From Gemmatimonadota bacterium (GTDB lineage: Bacteria; Gemmatimonadota; Gemmatimonadetes; Gemmatimonadales; GWC2-71-9): a DNA stretch of 64,000 nucleotides. A program made the position numbers and the translations under genes. The DNA lies in NCBI GenBank assembly GCA_041477065.1, contig JBGOUQ010000009.1, positions 13,979 to 77,978 of the forward strand. The letters run 5' to 3'. Shown here in pieces: positions 46,368 through 55,275 of this stretch (its first letter is position 1; every line of letters begins with the position of its first letter). Below the pieces are notes generated by a model. It was given only the letters and a program-made list of their open reading frames with translations. It had not been told where the DNA came from and did no database searches.

Positions 46368-46769
46368 ATGCGGCTTGTCGTCGGATGCGGCGTACTCGCC
46401 CTCGGCCTCATCGCCTGCAGCAACACTCCAACGAGCGCAAACGGCTCGAACCCGCCACCCGGGGGAGGCGGGGGGGGGGGGGCAAGTGCCGCCGTTTCCA
46501 TCGCGGACTACTCCTACACGCCGGCGACGCTGACGGTCAAGGCCGGCACCACCGTCACCTGGTCGAACAACGGCAGCGTGGGGCACACGGTGACCAGCGA
46601 CGTGTCCGCCTTTAACAGCGGCACGCTGAGCGGCCCGATGGGCGACGGGTACGGGGGCATGACGGCCGGGGCGTCCTTTGCCCACACCTTCAGCAGCGCC
46701 GGGACGTACGGCTACCATTGCGCGATCCACGGCGTGACGATGTCGGGCACCATCACGGTGACTCCGTAG
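46368..46769 (+). CDS. Cupredoxin (plastocyanin/azurin-like) lipoprotein
   Basis: The lipobox is LGLIAC, followed by a poly-Gly linker. The type-1 Cu ligands are in GHTV...YHCAIHGVTMSGTITV. Confidence 0.9.
   Translation: MRLVVGCGVLALGLIACSNTPTSANGSNPPPGGGGGGGASAAVSIADYSYTPATLTVKAGTTVTWSNNGSVGHTVTSDVSAFNSGTLSGPMGDGYGGMTAGASFAHTFSSAGTYGYHCAIHGVTMSGTITVTP
46470..46482 (+). repeat. G13 homopolymer (encodes poly-Gly linker of the cupredoxin)
   Basis: Counted directly in the sequence. Confidence 0.95.
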
Positions 46770-46842
46770 CCTCACACTTCGGAGGGTTGCCTCGGCGGCC
46801 TTCCTGGTGGAGGATTCTGGGACCTCGCACGGAGAGCCTGTC

Positions 46843-47115
46843 ATGTGCCGGAACATCAGGACGCTGTATCACTTCGACCCGCCGGTCACGGGCGAGGAGG
46901 TCCACGCGGCCTCGCTCCAGTTCATCCGCAAGGTGAGCGGGTTCTCGAAGCCATCGGCCGCGAACCAGGCGGCATGTGACCGCGCGGTCGGGGAAGTCGC
47001 CGCCAGCGTGACGCGGCTGCTCGATTCGCTCGTCACCACCGCCCCGCCGCGGAACCGCGAGGTCGAAGCGGCCAAAGCGCGAGCCCGGGGCGCGGCCAGG
47101 TTCGGGCCACGATGA
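46843..47115 (+). CDS. DUF2277 domain protein
   Basis: The start is MCRNIRTLYHFDPPVTGEEVHAASLQFIRKVSGFSKPSAANQAA, which is the hallmark N-terminus of DUF2277. Confidence 0.85.
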   Translation: MCRNIRTLYHFDPPVTGEEVHAASLQFIRKVSGFSKPSAANQAACDRAVGEVAASVTRLLDSLVTTAPPRNREVEAAKARARGAARFGPR

Positions 47116-48018
47116 ACCCATTCCTGCATGTTGCGGCGTTGTCGCTCACCCTCGCGCAGGCGACCCCCCCCCCCCCCCCCGCAGCCGGCCCAGCATGGGG
47201 CGAGTCCGACCGTCTCCCCCGACGGGCGGCGGATCGCCTTCGTGTCCGACCGCTCCGGCACGGGCGAGCTGTACCTGATGAACGCCGACGGATCGGACAT
47301 TCGGCAACTGACGCGTGACGGCGGCCACCGAGGCCGCGCCTACTGGAGTGCCGACGGACAGCGTCTGTTGTTCAACGTCTCCGCGCACGACACCGCACGC
47401 GTCTTTTCAGTGTCCGTGGAAGGCGGTGCGCCCACGGAAGTCGCCCGGTTCGCCGCGCGTGGCGGCGCCCTGCCGTTTGCTGATGGGTCGCGCTTCGTGT
47501 ACGGCGTCGGCTCCTGGACCGAAATGCAGCTCGCCCTCTCGCGCGCCGACGGCTCCGGCCGGCTGGCGCTCACCACGGATCACGCGGCGTATTGGTGTCC
47601 GGCGTTTTCGCCCCACGGGGACCAGGTGGCCGCGACGCGGAACGACACGACCGGCATGCAGATCTGGATCGTGAACGCCGACGGATCCGGCGCCCGCGCG
47701 CTCACGCGGTTCACCAAGGCCCAAGGCGGTCCGCAGTGCGCGGCGTTCTCCCCGGATGGCCGTCGCGTGGCCGTTCAGAGCGAGGTGAACGATCCGCAGG
47801 ACACGACGCGCCAGATCGGGCACATCTGGGTGGTCGAGGTGGCGACGGGCCAGGCCACTCGGCTGGGCGAGCACGCCGCCCCGTATCACGACGAGCTCCC
47901 GACGTGGTTCCCCGATGGCAAGCGGCTCGCTTTCCAGAGCGATCGCACGGGCCGCTGGGAGGTGTGGGTGATGAACGCGGACGGAACGGGGGGGGGGGCG
48001 CTGCAGCTTACTCGCTGA
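47112..48018 (+). CDS. TolB-like WD40 beta-propeller protein; reading frame split inside a C17 tract
   Basis: The signal peptide MNPFLHVAALSLTLAQA is in the frame of ATG 47112, which overlaps the DUF2277 stop (ATGA). The propeller (SPDGRRIAFVSDRSGTGELYLMNADGS...) is in the frame of ORF 47128-48018. The frames meet in the C17 run. Confidence 0.8.
47164..47180 (+). repeat. C17 homopolymer at the signal-peptide/mature-protein junction
   Basis: Counted directly. C16 or C19 would join the two frames. Confidence 0.95.
47988..47998 (+). repeat. G11 homopolymer at the 3' end of the TolB-like gene and the truncation point of the cupin
   Basis: Counted directly. It encodes the GGG of ...ADGTGGGALQLTR. 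Confidence 0.95.
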
Positions 48019-48219
48019 GGTGACCTCAAGCTCGCCCTCGATCACCTCATAGACCTCTTCCTGCGGGTGGACGTGCTCGTGAATGGACGCGCCACGCTTG
48101 AAGTCGTAATGCGCGAAGGTCATGCTCGGGGAGTGGAAATAGCGTCCATACCAGCCGGGTAGGCGCTCGATGACCTTGAGACTGCTCGTGTCAACAAAGG
48201 GCAAGGGACTGTGCTCCAC
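48019..48219 (-). pseudogene. Cupin-domain gene remnant (N-terminal ~67 aa only)
   Basis: MEHSPLPFVDTSSLKVIERLPGWYGRYFHSPSMTFAHYDFKRGASIHEHVHPQEEVYEVIEGELEVT carries cupin motif 1 only. The remaining 200 aa of ORF 47407-48219 are antisense to the TolB-like gene and not cupin-like. Confidence 0.65.
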
Positions 48220-48233
48220 ACTCGCCCCACGAC

Positions 48234-49241
48234 GTGGTGACGCGTAACGTAGGGGTCGTGACGACGCTCGAGGCTATCCGCCCCATCACGCTGGCCGAGG
48301 TCCGGGAAGCGCGCGCGCGCATCGCCGGGACCATCGTGCGCACGCCGCTGGTCCGCCTGGAGCTGGGAGCGGGTTCCCCCGACATCCGCCTCAAGCTCGA
48401 GAACCTCCAGCCGATCAACGCCTACAAGCTGCGGGGGGCCGCCAATGCCGTGGCGCTGCTCTCCGAGGCCGATCGCCGGCGCGGGGTGTGGACGATCAGC
48501 GCGGGCAATGCGGGGCAAGGCGTCGCCTACGCGGCGCGGAATGCGGGCGTGCCCTGCACCGTCGTCGCGATCGAGACGGCGCCCACCTCCAAGCTCGACC
48601 GGATGAAAGCCCTCGGCGCCACACTCGTCCTGGTCTCCTACGAGGTGGCGTGGAAGGCGCTCGAGGAGCGGACCTATCCCGGCGTCCAGGGCACGTTCGT
48701 CCACCCGTTCGACGATCGCAATTTCATCGCCGGTCACGCCACGATGGGGCTCGAGATTCTGGAAGACGCGCCCGACACGGCCGCGGTGATCGCCGCCATC
48801 GGCGGCGGCGGGCTCATCACGGGCGTCGGCAGCGTCGTCAAGGCGCTGAAGCCGGCGGTCCAAGTATGGGGAGCGGAGCCGGAGACTGCCGCTCCGTTGG
48901 CGCTCTCGCTCGCCCAGGGCTCGCCGCAGGAGTTCAAGGGGTGGAAGGCGACGTTCGTGGACGGGGCGGGCGGCAAGAGCGTATTCCCGCGCATGTGGCA
49001 ACGCATGCGACCGGTGGTGGACGGCTGCATCGTCGTCAGCCTCGAGGAGACCAAGCGGGCGATGCGGTTGATGGCGGAGAAGGCACGCGTGATCTCGGAA
49101 GGCGCGGGGGCGCTGGCGCTCGCGGCGGCGCTCACCGGGAAAGCCGGTCAGGGTCCGATCGTCGCGATCGTGTCCGGCGGGAACATCGATCTGAAGAAGT
49201 TCTGCGAGCTGATCGGCGCAGGGGCGGAGACGGAATCGTGA
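48234..49241 (+). CDS. PLP-dependent threonine/serine dehydratase-family enzyme
   Basis: The PLP-lysine motif is NAYKLRGA and the Gly loop is IGGGGLITGVG. The start is GTG 48234, with GTG 48258 as an alternative. Confidence 0.9.
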   Translation: MVTRNVGVVTTLEAIRPITLAEVREARARIAGTIVRTPLVRLELGAGSPDIRLKLENLQPINAYKLRGAANAVALLSEADRRRGVWTISAGNAGQGVAYAARNAGVPCTVVAIETAPTSKLDRMKALGATLVLVSYEVAWKALEERTYPGVQGTFVHPFDDRNFIAGHATMGLEILEDAPDTAAVIAAIGGGGLITGVGSVVKALKPAVQVWGAEPETAAPLALSLAQGSPQEFKGWKATFVDGAGGKSVFPRMWQRMRPVVDGCIVVSLEETKRAMRLMAEKARVISEGAGALALAAALTGKAGQGPIVAIVSGGNIDLKKFCELIGAGAETES

Positions 49242-49268
49242 TGCCGGCTCAGCCGCCTCGCCGCGGTC

Positions 49269-51413
49269 TCACGTGGCGAGGGGCTGATCCAAGACCTCCC
49301 GCACGACTTGAGCCAATTCTGAGAGCGTCCACGGCTTCGGTATGTACCTGAACAGGAGATCGGAGCCGGCTTCCACCTTCAGGGCACTACGGGCGTACCC
49401 GCTGGCAAGGATGAACCTCACCGGCCGCCCCTCGCGTTGGATCGCATCGTAGAGCTCCCGCCCGCCGAGATTCGGCATCGTCATGTCGGAGATCACGAGG
49501 TCCACCTCTTCCCGGTGCGCCCAGTACAACCCGAGCGCCTCCTGGCCATCGGCCGCCTCCAAGACGGTATAGCCCAGACTCTCCAGGATGCGCCTGGCGC
49601 CACGGCGGAGCGATGGCTCGTCCTCCGCCACGAGGATGGTCTCACTCCCACCACGGGCCTTGGCGGAGACCCGACCTGGAGTGAGGGCGACCGGCGTCAG
49701 GCCGGGCGTTAGGGGGAAATACGTCTTTACGTTGGTCCCCTTGCCCACCTCACTGTAGACATGCACGAACCCCTGGTGCTCCTTCACCAACCCGTAGATC
49801 ATCGCCATGCCCAGCCCCGTGCCTTTCCCAAGGGGCTTGGTCGTGAAGAAGGGCTCGAACATCCTCCGTTTGGTCTCCTCATCCATGCCTATTCCGGTAT
49901 CACTCAGGGACAGGCAGACGTACTCCCCGAGCGACGCCCACGGGTGGGCGGCGCGAAACTCCTCGCCGATAGTCACCGGTGTGGTCTCGATCTGGAGCGT
50001 TCCTCCGTTGGGCATTGCATCGCGGGCGTTGGTGGCGAGGTTGAGGAGAATCTGCTCCACCGCACCCATATCGGCTCTCACCGTGCCAACGGGGTTGTCG
50101 ACGTGCTCCTCGATCGTGATGGATTCCGGCAGCAGCCGCCGGAGAATCCCGGACATCCCCCCGACGACCTGGTTCAAGTTCAACGGCACCATCAGCAGAT
50201 CCGCATGGCGGCTGAAGGCCATGAGCTTCCGGATCATCGCCGCCCCGCGAATCGCGGCCGTGCGGATCTCTTCGATATCCTCCTTCATCCGCTTCCCCTC
50301 GCCTTTCGTGCCGATCAGGTCGGTATTCGCGAGGATCACCGCGAGGATGTTGTTGAAGTCGTGCGCGATACCCCCGGTGAGCTGCCCGATGGCCTCCATC
50401 TTCTGCGACTGCCGCAGCTGCGCCTCGAGCCGGTGCCGATTGGTGACGTCCTGACTGACCCAGACGAAATGGGTCAGCGCTCCGTCCTGGCCAAGCACGG
50501 GGGTGATGGTCAGTTCCTGATTGTATAGGGTGCCGTCCTTGCGCCGGTCGACCAGCTCACCACGCCACACCTGGCGTGCGCGGATCGTCCTCCAGAGCGC
50601 CGCATGTGTCGCGGGATCTGTCTTCTCAGCGGTGATCAGGCTGGGGGGATGTCCGACGGCCTCGTCCAGCGCGAAGCCGGTCATGGCCGTGAACGCCGGG
50701 TTCACCCACTCGATGGCTCCTTCCCGATCCGTGATCACGATGGCGTTGGCGGCCGCATTGAGGGCGCTACTCTGCAAGCGCAGTTGTTGGTCGATCCGAA
50801 GGCGCTCCGTCTCGGCGGCCTTGCGCTCGCTGATATTTTCAAAAACCGCGACAAAATACTCCTTCTCCGGACTGTAGACATAAATCCTGAACCAGATGCT
50901 CAACGGCTCTACGTAGGTTTCGAAGGTTTCCGGTGTCCCCGTCAGGGCCACTCTCCCATAAATCTCAAACAACTCGGGATTCGATTCCGCAATCCCCGGG
51001 ACCACGTCGCTGACCTTCTTCCCGACCACCTCCTTGAGCCCGGTCAACTTCCCGAATGCGCTATTGACATCGAGATAGACGAAGTCGCGGGGCACGCCGC
51101 CATCGTACAGCATCCGACAATACGCGTATCCCTCGAGCATATTGGCAAAGAGGGAGTGATACCGCTGCTCGCTCTGCTTGAGCGCTGCCTCGGCAGCGCG
51201 TCGTAACGGACGGATCGCTAACCACCACACGAACGGCGCGACAAGAAGCACCACCACCAGGCCAGCGGCTAACCGCCGCACGAGCCCGGGGTGTAGGGCC
51301 CCCACGAGAAGCGCTGCGGCTACATCCGCGATGACGATGCTTGTGAACAGCGCGGCGTACAGCAGCGTCGTCGGACGCCCTATGGGCGAAGACGTGCGAC
51401 TTTCTAACGCCAC
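49269..51413 (-). CDS. Hybrid sensor histidine kinase (TM, PAS domains, HisKA/HATPase, C-terminal receiver)
   Basis: The H-box is GGIAHDFNNILAVI, with N/G boxes and a receiver (ILVAEDE...VISDMTMP...IPKP). By eye it is visibly less GC-rich than the surrounding genes. Confidence 0.9.
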   Translation of the reverse strand: MALESRTSSPIGRPTTLLYAALFTSIVIADVAAALLVGALHPGLVRRLAAGLVVVLLVAPFVWWLAIRPLRRAAEAALKQSEQRYHSLFANMLEGYAYCRMLYDGGVPRDFVYLDVNSAFGKLTGLKEVVGKKVSDVVPGIAESNPELFEIYGRVALTGTPETFETYVEPLSIWFRIYVYSPEKEYFVAVFENISERKAAETERLRIDQQLRLQSSALNAAANAIVITDREGAIEWVNPAFTAMTGFALDEAVGHPPSLITAEKTDPATHAALWRTIRARQVWRGELVDRRKDGTLYNQELTITPVLGQDGALTHFVWVSQDVTNRHRLEAQLRQSQKMEAIGQLTGGIAHDFNNILAVILANTDLIGTKGEGKRMKEDIEEIRTAAIRGAAMIRKLMAFSRHADLLMVPLNLNQVVGGMSGILRRLLPESITIEEHVDNPVGTVRADMGAVEQILLNLATNARDAMPNGGTLQIETTPVTIGEEFRAAHPWASLGEYVCLSLSDTGIGMDEETKRRMFEPFFTTKPLGKGTGLGMAMIYGLVKEHQGFVHVYSEVGKGTNVKTYFPLTPGLTPVALTPGRVSAKARGGSETILVAEDEPSLRRGARRILESLGYTVLEAADGQEALGLYWAHREEVDLVISDMTMPNLGGRELYDAIQREGRPVRFILASGYARSALKVEAGSDLLFRYIPKPWTLSELAQVVREVLDQPLAT

Positions 51414-51654
51414 ATGCCTCCGTAGTTACATCACGCCGCCGAGGGTTGGTATGCCCAGCCACCGACGTGCAGGATCAACCAACCTACGTCAGTTTGGGAG
51501 GTATCGCGGACGGAGGGGTGCTTCAGCCTTCATCTAACCTTCGGGTTTCAGGTACGAAAAGAGTGCGACACTGGACCTCCGAAGCGGCGAGGATCAAAAC
51601 GACAACGCCCCCAGGATCACTCCCGAGGGCGCCGCCAGATATTCCCGTAGCCAA

Positions 51655-51727
<73 letters not shown>

Positions 51728-51784
51728 GCGGGCGGAAAAATCACTAGCCGTATCCCTCCACGCAAGCTGGCCCGCCGCCCGCGA

Positions 51785-51797
51785 CCCCCCCCCCCCC
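51785..51797 (+). repeat. C13 homopolymer (G13 on the coding strand) immediately after the dodecin stop codon
   Basis: Counted directly. It abuts the stop codon at 51798-51800. Confidence 0.95.
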
Positions 51798-52010
51798 TCA
51801 CTCCCCCTCGAACTTGAACGACACCTTTACCTTGGCCCGATAGCTCTGGATCTTGCCGTCCTTGATGGCCATGTCGAGCTGGCCGACTTCCGCGACGCGC
51901 AAGTCGCGCAGCGACTTCGCCGCCCGCTTGACCGCCGCCGCCGCCGCCTTCTCCCAACTCTCGCTGCTGGTGCCGACCAGCTCGATCACTTTGTAGACGC
52001 TCTCCGGCAT
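51798..52010 (-). CDS. Dodecin-family flavin-binding protein
   Basis: MPESVYKVIELVGTSSESWEKAAAAAVKRAAKSLRDLRVAEV...KVSFKFEGE is a full-length dodecin pattern. The SD is AAGGAGAA. Confidence 0.9.
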   Translation of the reverse strand: MPESVYKVIELVGTSSESWEKAAAAAVKRAAKSLRDLRVAEVGQLDMAIKDGKIQSYRAKVKVSFKFEGE

Positions 52011-52162
52011 GCTCGCTTCTCCTTGTCGTTAAGGCCGCAGGTGCTCGCCACCTCCCGATCCGATCTAAGCTACGCGCCCGGCACGGTACCGGCGACCCGA
52101 ACCGTCAGTGCTCCATCATGCCGCCCTCTTCGTGGCGGCCGCGGGAAACAGCACGGCAACCG

Positions 52163-52512
52163 TCAGACTCCCCGTGGTGCTTGGGGGAGCCGTGGCGTGA
52201 TGTCCATCCGCATCGGATCGCCCACGGCCGTGGCGGTGGCGAGCGACGGGGGGCTGAAGCTGAAGCTCACCGACGAGCCCCCGTTCACCGTGGTGATCTG
52301 CTGGCCATTAGCGCGATACAGCTGGACGACGAGTGGGGTCGTGTACCCGGAATAGATCGGCACGTGCTTCGTCTCGTCGACGCCGTTCTGGTCGAAGAGG
52401 CGAATCGAGGCCACATCCTCCGGCCGACCGGGACCAGGACCGGTGGCGGACTTGCAGGCGGTGACGGCGAGGAAGAAGCAGAGGGTGAGCGTGCGCGCCT
52501 CGTTGGACCCAT
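52163..52512 (-). CDS. Putative lipoprotein abutting the tRNA-Glu 3' end; signal peptide apparently split by a 1-nt frameshift
   Basis: The main frame encodes ...RTLTLCFFLAVTAC(lipobox)KSATGPG... but has no ATG/GTG/TTG after the tRNA. The ATG at 52510-52512 (MGPTRRAR...) is in another frame. One extra nucleotide in the GCGCGC stretch would give MGPTRRATLTLCFFLAVTAC. Confidence 0.5.
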
Positions 52513-52583
52513 GCCCCCAAGGGGAATCGAACCCCTGTTCCCACCTTGAAAGAGTGGTGTCCTGACCGTTAGACGATGGGGGC
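52512..52583 (-). tRNA. tRNA-Glu (anticodon UUC)
   Basis: Acceptor GCCCCCA/TGGGGGC, anticodon loop CTTTCAA, T-arm AGGGG-TTCGATT-CCCCT. Confidence 0.9.
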
Positions 52584-52597
52584 TCGTCCCCTTCGCA

Positions 52598-52670
52598 TAG
52601 CGGTAACGGGATTCGAACCCGTGTTTGAGCCTTGAGAGGGCTCCGTCCTAGTCCCCTAGACGATACCGCC
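52598..52670 (-). tRNA. tRNA-Glu (anticodon CUC)
   Basis: Acceptor GGCGGTA/TACCGCT (G1-U72 wobble; the ends are uncertain by 1 nt), anticodon loop CTCTCAA, T-arm ACGGG-TTCGAAT-CCCGT. It lies 14 nt from the next tRNA-Glu. Confidence 0.85.
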
Positions 52671-52732
52671 GTAGCCCGGCTCGCGGGCGCCGGGCGCAAA
52701 ATATCACCATCCGTCCGCATCGGGCGCAACCC

Positions 52733-54058
52733 GTGTTGACCGCCGCGTCCGCCGACGTACCGTTAATCCGCTTCGCGCCGGACTGTCCGCCCCATCACGC
52801 CGCCCGGGAGTCGAGTGCTGTGAGCCGAGCACAGTGGAACGCGTGGACCGCGCGCCTGCTGCCCGAAGGACCGATCGTCGTCGGGCTGCTCGCGCTGCTG
52901 CACTGGGCGCCGAGCCGCACGCTCGCGGGCTTCGCCGACTTCTATCCACTCGGCGTGCTCGCCGCCGGGTTGTGGCTCGGCTGGCGCTTCCACCGCAGCC
53001 GCCTCGTGTTCGCCCTGCTGATCCTGGCGCTCGCCGACTGGGCGCTGCGCGCCTATCCGCCGCCCACCGCAAGCTCGGCGGCCGCCCATGTCGTCTTCCA
53101 GGCGACCGCGTTCCTCCTGCCCCTGAACCTCGCGGCGATCTCACTCGGCGCCGAGCGCGGGTTCCTCACGCCGGCAGGCCTCGAGCGGCTTGGCGCGATC
53201 CTGCTCCAGGTGGCGCTGGTCGCGGCGTTCGCGCGCCACGCCCCGCTCGACGCGCGCGCCGTGCTCGAGACGGCCCTCCTGCCCCGCACCGTGCTCGGCT
53301 GGACGCGGCTCGGCCAGCCGGCGGTGGCGGCGTTCCTGGCCTCGGGCGCCGCGCTCGCCCTCTTCCTCTTCTTCTCCCCGCCCGCGACGGGCCGCGCTTT
53401 CCTGTGGGCCGTCGCCCTCGCGTTCCTGGCGCTCTCATCCGCCCACGCGGGGGGAGACTCCGCGGCGGCGGTAACCCTCGCCACCGCCGGCCTGGTGCTC
53501 GTCACGGCGGTGGTCGAGGCGTCCTTCACCATGGCCTACGAAGACAGCCTCACCGGCCTGCCCGGCCGGCGCGCGCTCACCGAAGCGCTGCAGCGCCTGG
53601 GTGGAGGCGGCCGTTACACCGTGGCGATGGTGGACGTGGACCACTTCAAGAAGTTCAACGACGCCTACGGACACGACGTGGGCGACCAGGTGCTGCGGAT
53701 GGTGGCGGCCCGCCTCGCCGCGATCGGCGCGGGCGGACGCGGTTTCCGCTATGGCGGCGAAGAGTTCGCGGTGCTGTTCCCCGGGAAGACCGCCGCCGAG
53801 TGCCTGCCGGCGCTGGAGGAGCTGCGGGAGGGCGTCGAGACGGCGCGGTTCACCATCCGCCGAGCACTGCGGTCGCGCAAAAAGCCGGATGCCCCCCCTC
53901 AGAAGTCGGGCAAGCGGCGCCGCCAGCTGCACGTCACGGTGAGCGTCGGCGTCGCCGATCGCGAGGCCGCCGGAGCGGCGCCCGACAAGGTGCTGCGGGC
54001 CGCCGACCGCGCGCTCTACCGCGCCAAGGACGGCGGCCGCAACCGCGTGCTGACCTGA
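52733..54058 (+). CDS. Membrane-bound diguanylate cyclase (GGDEF domain)
   Basis: It has about 6 hydrophobic helices followed by LTGLPGRRAL...VDHFKKFNDAYGHDVGDQVL...RYGGEEFAVLF. The start is uncertain (GTG 52733 or downstream). Confidence 0.9.
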   Translation: MLTAASADVPLIRFAPDCPPHHAARESSAVSRAQWNAWTARLLPEGPIVVGLLALLHWAPSRTLAGFADFYPLGVLAAGLWLGWRFHRSRLVFALLILALADWALRAYPPPTASSAAAHVVFQATAFLLPLNLAAISLGAERGFLTPAGLERLGAILLQVALVAAFARHAPLDARAVLETALLPRTVLGWTRLGQPAVAAFLASGAALALFLFFSPPATGRAFLWAVALAFLALSSAHAGGDSAAAVTLATAGLVLVTAVVEASFTMAYEDSLTGLPGRRALTEALQRLGGGGRYTVAMVDVDHFKKFNDAYGHDVGDQVLRMVAARLAAIGAGGRGFRYGGEEFAVLFPGKTAAECLPALEELREGVETARFTIRRALRSRKKPDAPPQKSGKRRRQLHVTVSVGVADREAAGAAPDKVLRAADRALYRAKDGGRNRVLT

Positions 54059-54062
54059 CCGG

Positions 54063-54485
54063 CTACGGCTTGCGAGTCCCCGCGACCTTGCCGCGCAGGA
54101 TGTCGCCGTTGGCGTAGGTCGCCATGAACGTACCGGTCATTGTGTTGCCCTTGAAGTGTACCGTGGTGCGCGTCGTCACCATGACGCCCGGCCGCAACAC
54201 GCTGGAGTAGGGTCCCGTTTCGGTGACGAGGCTATCACCACCCGACGTAAGGATGCGGGTCGCGAGGGGATCGCGGTTGGGGAACTTCAGCGTCCAGGTC
54301 TTTCCGTCGGCGCTCGCCGTGAGCGCGTACGTCGCGACCACACTGTCCTTGGGTCCGATCATGGTCCGGGCGTCCCAGGTGCCGGCGAGGTCGGACAATT
54401 TCATTCCCATGGCAGTGGGTCGTTGAGCCGCGGCGGGCACGGCGGCGGCCGCGAGGACCGCGGGGAGAAGCAGGAGACGGCGCAT
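54063..54485 (-). CDS. Secreted small beta-rich protein (lipocalin-like, tentative)
   Basis: The chosen start is MRRLLLLPAVLAAAAVPAAAQ (signal peptide). No family was recognised with confidence. Confidence 0.6.
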   Translation of the reverse strand: MRRLLLLPAVLAAAAVPAAAQRPTAMGMKLSDLAGTWDARTMIGPKDSVVATYALTASADGKTWTLKFPNRDPLATRILTSGGDSLVTETGPYSSVLRPGVMVTTRTTVHFKGNTMTGTFMATYANGDILRGKVAGTRKP

Positions 54486-54597
54486 ATGAAGCTCCTTTGT
54501 GAGTGGATGAAATGTGCCCCGCGTGACGGGACCTGGCAAACTTTTATGCGGTCTTCAGAGATCGAAATGGGGCGTTGCGGCCTGCAACGCGACCGAT

Positions 54598-55275
54598 TCA
54601 GCGAACGGCGCGGGCCAGCGTGTCGTGGTGGGAGTCGATCAAGGTGCGCAGGTAGGGACCAATGGCGTCGGCGGACTCGTAGCCGGCCGCGCGCGCGGCG
54701 GAGTCCTGCCGGGCGGCCGGGATGTCGGCACTTTCGGCGTAGTGCTTGATGTCGCGGAACGTGCCGATCGTGATCACGTCCCAGGCGGCGCCGGCCACGC
54801 GTGTGAAGATCAGATCCTGCGGCCGGCCCAGCCAAGCCTCGTAGGCATTCTCCATCTCGCGCTCGCGCCGCAGATCGGCGAGCCGCCCGGGGAGCGCGAG
54901 GTGCATCTCGATGTGGTAGAACTCCCCACCGCCCAAGGCTTGCGATACTTGCGAGCGCGGCGGCCCCGCGACGAACACCTCTTCCCGCCACGCGACGCGC
55001 GCCGCCAGCTCGGCGTCGAACCGGGCGTCGGGGCGCGGCAGGCGGTCGCTCTCCATCGGAAACACCAGCAGCAGGTCCCACTGATCGCCCTGGCTGTGGC
55101 GCAGGATGAAGGGGCGCGCCTCGCCCGCGGCCGGGAGCCGCCGCTTGTAGAGGTCGATCACCTCGAGCAGCCGGCCGGGCGCCGCGCGCAGCAAGAGAAT
55201 GCGATACAGGGAGCCGCTGTCGGTGGGTGGAGTGCCGACGAGCAACGCGGCGGCGAGGAGGAGGGGGGTTGTCAT
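54598..55275 (-). CDS. Secreted two-repeat alpha+beta-barrel-like protein (NIPSNAP-like, tentative)
   Basis: An internal repeat is visible: YRILLLRAAPGRLLEVIDLYKRR and FYHIEMHLALPGRLADLRRERE. A signal-like N-terminus is present. Confidence 0.6.
   Translation of the reverse strand: MTTPLLLAAALLVGTPPTDSGSLYRILLLRAAPGRLLEVIDLYKRRLPAAGEARPFILRHSQGDQWDLLLVFPMESDRLPRPDARFDAELAARVAWREEVFVAGPPRSQVSQALGGGEFYHIEMHLALPGRLADLRREREMENAYEAWLGRPQDLIFTRVAGAAWDVITIGTFRDIKHYAESADIPAARQDSAARAAGYESADAIGPYLRTLIDSHHDTLARAVR

Noticed and set aside
45234-46856. The full 540-aa ORF as one large protein.
   Set aside because: Only the last ~290 aa are hydrophobic and family-like (flippase-like/LPG-synthase TM). The upstream 250 aa are Arg/Gly-rich and overlap the cupredoxin gene region on the opposite strand.
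47407-48018. The C-terminal 200 aa of the 270-aa cupin ORF as real coding sequence overlapping the TolB-like gene.
   Set aside because: This part is antisense to strongly family-like TolB repeats. It lacks cupin motif 2 and is Arg/Pro-rich filler. Only the first ~67 aa look genuine.
51414-51654. A structured ncRNA or terminator in the AT-richer gap between tRNA-Lys and the hybrid kinase.
   Set aside because: Only a weak stem (CGCCC...GGGCG) followed by a short T-rich run was seen. There is no recognisable RNA family signature, so the evidence is insufficient without folding or covariation analysis.
52011-52162. An FMN riboswitch upstream of the flavin-binding dodecin gene.
   Set aside because: None of the conserved RFN-element sequence blocks I remember could be found in the 150-nt leader on the coding strand.
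52285-52512. A 75-aa Ser/Pro-rich ORF starting at the ATG next to tRNA-Glu, considered as an independent gene.
   Set aside because: Apart from its first 7-8 codons, it is an out-of-frame reading of the lipoprotein gene. The composition is low-complexity, so it is better explained by a 1-nt frameshift.
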